Shown one piece after another: positions 30,129 to 32,000 of a stretch of DNA of 32,000 nucleotides. Below the pieces are notes generated by a model. The model did no database searches and was not told the DNA's origin. It was given only the letters and a program-made list of their open reading frames with translations. The position numbers were made by a program, and so were the translations under genes. The first letter of the stretch is position 1. The number at the start of each line of letters is the position of its first letter. Origin of the DNA: Candidatus Saccharibacteria bacterium oral taxon 488 (GTDB lineage: Bacteria > Patescibacteriota > Saccharimonadia > Saccharimonadales > Saccharimonadaceae); contig CP047921.1 of the NCBI GenBank assembly GCA_010202845.1, forward strand, positions 660,001 through 692,000. Reading direction: 5' to 3'.

Positions 30129-31031
30129 ATGACGGATACGCTTATCAAACAACTGTTAAATTCGTCGCGCTTTGATGAATGGATGACTGAGCATGGACTA
30201 GGCTGGCTGGTAAGCGAGCGGATGGTTGAAACAGTCAGTATCGTCATTGGCGCGGTTATCGTTTATTATTTTGGCCGCATGTTTATCACCTGGGCGATCC
30301 GTTACGCGATCCATTCCACTGCCAAGCACCGCTCGTGGCACCGCAAAGATATCGAAAAGCGCGAAAATACGCTGACGCAGCTGATCCGTAGTTTTTGGCG
30401 CATCACTATCATTGCCTACATCGCCGCCATGGTCGCCAGTAAGTTATTCTACTTCGACTTGTCACCACTGTTTGCCAGCGCCGGCATCATTGGCGTAGCG
30501 CTCGGATTTGGTGCACAATCACTTGTCAAAGATTTTCTGGCCGGCATCTTTATCATCGCTGAAAATCAATATCGCGTCGGCGATATCGTTGATGTCATGG
30601 GTGCGAGCGGCACTGTCGAGCGCGTCGGCACCAGGTCAACCGTGCTCCGCGATGCTGATGGTAATGTGCACTACTTACCAAATGGCACCATCCAGCATGT
30701 CATCAACAAAACGATGGGGTATAGCATGTCGCGCTTTACCTTGCAGCTTGATCCAAGTACCGACATCAGCCGCGCCGCTGATATCATCAACGAGACCGGC
30801 CAGCAATTGAGCAAGGAAAAATCTTGGGACAAGAAAATTATTGAACCGCCAAAATTTGTCTCCGTCGGCGATATCACCGGCCGCTCGGTCGAATTGATCG
30901 TTGCCGGTAAGGTCCAGCCATCAGATCAATGGGCGGTTACCTCAGAGATGCGCCGCCGACTCCTCAAAGAATTTGAAAAACAAGAGATCGAGCTAGCTGT
31001 CATCCCAACGGCGATAACGCATAAAAAGTAA
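30129..31031 (+). CDS. Small-conductance mechanosensitive channel (MscS family)
   Basis: Pore-helix and beta-domain signature GVALGFGAQSLVKDFLAGIFIIAENQYRVGDIVDV...GTVERVGTRSTVLRDADGNVHYLPNG. Confidence 0.85.
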   Translation: MTDTLIKQLLNSSRFDEWMTEHGLGWLVSERMVETVSIVIGAVIVYYFGRMFITWAIRYAIHSTAKHRSWHRKDIEKRENTLTQLIRSFWRITIIAYIAAMVASKLFYFDLSPLFASAGIIGVALGFGAQSLVKDFLAGIFIIAENQYRVGDIVDVMGASGTVERVGTRSTVLRDADGNVHYLPNGTIQHVINKTMGYSMSRFTLQLDPSTDISRAADIINETGQQLSKEKSWDKKIIEPPKFVSVGDITGRSVELIVAGKVQPSDQWAVTSEMRRRLLKEFEKQEIELAVIPTAITHKK

Positions 31032-31038
31032 TCATAAC

Positions 31039-31455
31039 TCACTCTGGCGAACTGTCTTGACCCTGTGTCGTCGTACCGCCCGCGCCATTGCCACTACCAC
31101 TGACGCCCAGCTGATCATCGCTCAACACATCGCTAGCAAACGCCCGCGCACCATCGGCTTTCTTTTCTTCTTGCTTATATTTTTGCAGAAAATCATCCAG
31201 CACTTTGCCCGTCACCTCACCCTGCGCCTCAAACATGTCTCGATTATGATTATTGGAATTATCAATCTGCGCTCGATACGGTACATAGTCCGGCCGACTC
31301 AAATCCACTCGGAAAGCATCTGACGAGTAATATAAGTGCATCGAGATACCAACGAGCACGATCGACACCACGATCACGCTAATTACCATCGTCGGTAACT
31401 TATGCTGCATAATTAACCTGACCATCCGGCGACCGAGTCGCTTGAACTTATCCAC
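31039..31455 (-). CDS. Hypothetical single-pass membrane protein
   Basis: ORF with an N-terminal TM helix (LPTMVISVIVVSIVLVGISMHLYY). Overlaps the upstream gene by 8 nt. Confidence 0.5.
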   Translation of the reverse strand: MDKFKRLGRRMVRLIMQHKLPTMVISVIVVSIVLVGISMHLYYSSDAFRVDLSRPDYVPYRAQIDNSNNHNRDMFEAQGEVTGKVLDDFLQKYKQEEKKADGARAFASDVLSDDQLGVSGSGNGAGGTTTQGQDSSPE

Positions 31456-31990
31456 GACTGCCTCCGCTCGATAGCTTTACCTTGAGCTGTTCCACCGCCA
31501 CGCGATAATCCGCCGCCAGTTTACTCATCGTCGTCACCGACTCACTGACCTGTCGACGTGCGTCGCGCGTCTTGATCAGCTGTGCGTAAAATTCGCCCGG
31601 TTTGTCGGTACAATCTGTCTTGACCAACGCCGTCAAATTGGACTCATACTCATTGTACTGCTGAGCAAACGCCTTGCGCGCTTCCTCGTAGTCGCGAGCG
31701 ATCATCACCATCCGCGAGCTATCAATCTGCGCTAGCGCCAAGCGGCTATTTAGTTTGGCGATGAGATTAGTCGAGATCGTGTTATATGCTTGGCCGGCGT
31801 TAACCCGCAGCAAGGCGTCGTTATGCTGAATCCGCTGCAATGTTGAACGAATGGACTGGCACTGACTGCGGATCAGATGGAGCGGCGGTGAACTCGGCGC
31901 AGTCTGCGCCACAGCAATACCCGACCGTATCATTACGCCGGCCAGACTAATGCCGCACACAAAAAACGCGAGATTACGAAGATATTTCAT
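31448..31990 (-). CDS. Hypothetical secreted/envelope protein
   Basis: Signal-peptide-like N-terminus (MKYLRNLAFFVCGISLAGVMIRSGIAVAQT), then a helical region. No recognised motif. Confidence 0.5.
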   Translation of the reverse strand: MKYLRNLAFFVCGISLAGVMIRSGIAVAQTAPSSPPLHLIRSQCQSIRSTLQRIQHNDALLRVNAGQAYNTISTNLIAKLNSRLALAQIDSSRMVMIARDYEEARKAFAQQYNEYESNLTALVKTDCTDKPGEFYAQLIKTRDARRQVSESVTTMSKLAADYRVAVEQLKVKLSSGGSRG

Positions 31991-32000
31991 CTTTTTTATT

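Noticed and set aside
1-32000. Alternative genetic code (UGA reassigned, as in some candidate-phyla bacteria)
   Set aside because: TGA terminates well-conserved genes at their expected C-termini (murB, murT, pncA, pncB, HAD). It also forms the ATGA stop/start overlaps. No conserved protein shows an in-frame TGA, so the standard bacterial code fits.
1-32000. CRISPR arrays, rRNA genes, IS elements or transposases
   Set aside because: I saw no regularly spaced direct repeats, no rRNA-like conserved stretches, and no transposase- or integrase-like ORFs on either strand. The only significant repeat found is the pilin inverted repeat.

Overview
The window is a gene-dense, mostly overlapping or translationally coupled stretch of a small bacterial genome using the standard code (TGA is a stop). 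The gene content suggests a reduced, Gram-positive-type lineage such as Saccharibacteria/CPR, but this is inference and no search was run. That content is a type IV pilus machinery, MurT/GatD, a minimal TsaB, and nucleotide and NAD salvage rather than synthesis.

Layout, left to right:
- glyA 3' end.
- Two convergent major-pilin paralogs.
- murB followed by three prepilin-type minor pilins.
- Two tRNA-Arg genes.
- An orphan 462-aa glycine-zipper protein.
- A membrane-anchored double-AAA+ Clp-like ATPase, coupled to a small membrane protein.
- murT-gatD, tRNA-Pro, and a CPBP protease.
- Two orphan convergent ORFs.
- An NrtR-headed NAD salvage cluster: pncA-like, pncB and a Nudix-kinase fusion.
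- gpmA, a Nudix hydrolase and rny.
- A long minus-strand operon: pilB-pilC-pilM-pilN-pilO-like, a small membrane protein, a PRC-barrel protein, tsaE and tsaB.
- A HAD hydrolase.
- A MazG / wHTH-Nudix module facing a CYTH-uridine-kinase fusion.
- trmB, an MscS-type channel, and two orphan envelope proteins.

No CRISPR array, rRNA, transposase or integrase was seen.

Observations most worth follow-up:
1. A perfect 104-bp inverted repeat covers the 5'UTR and N-terminus of the two pilin genes, with an abrupt switch to saturated divergence. This is a candidate recombinational pilin switch.
2. A TATAAT-like box sits 6-7 nt upstream of the ATG at operon-first genes, predicting leaderless mRNAs. Two extremely compact divergent promoter pairs are among them.
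3. The PncA homolog has an in-frame loss of the catalytic-cysteine segment.
4. Several unusual nucleotide-metabolism architectures cluster around two degenerate-Nudix regulators: Nudix+APH-like kinase, N-terminal wHTH+degenerate Nudix, and CYTH+uridine kinase.
5. The Clp-like ATPase is transmembrane-anchored and has a Walker-B Asn in its first AAA+ domain (D1).
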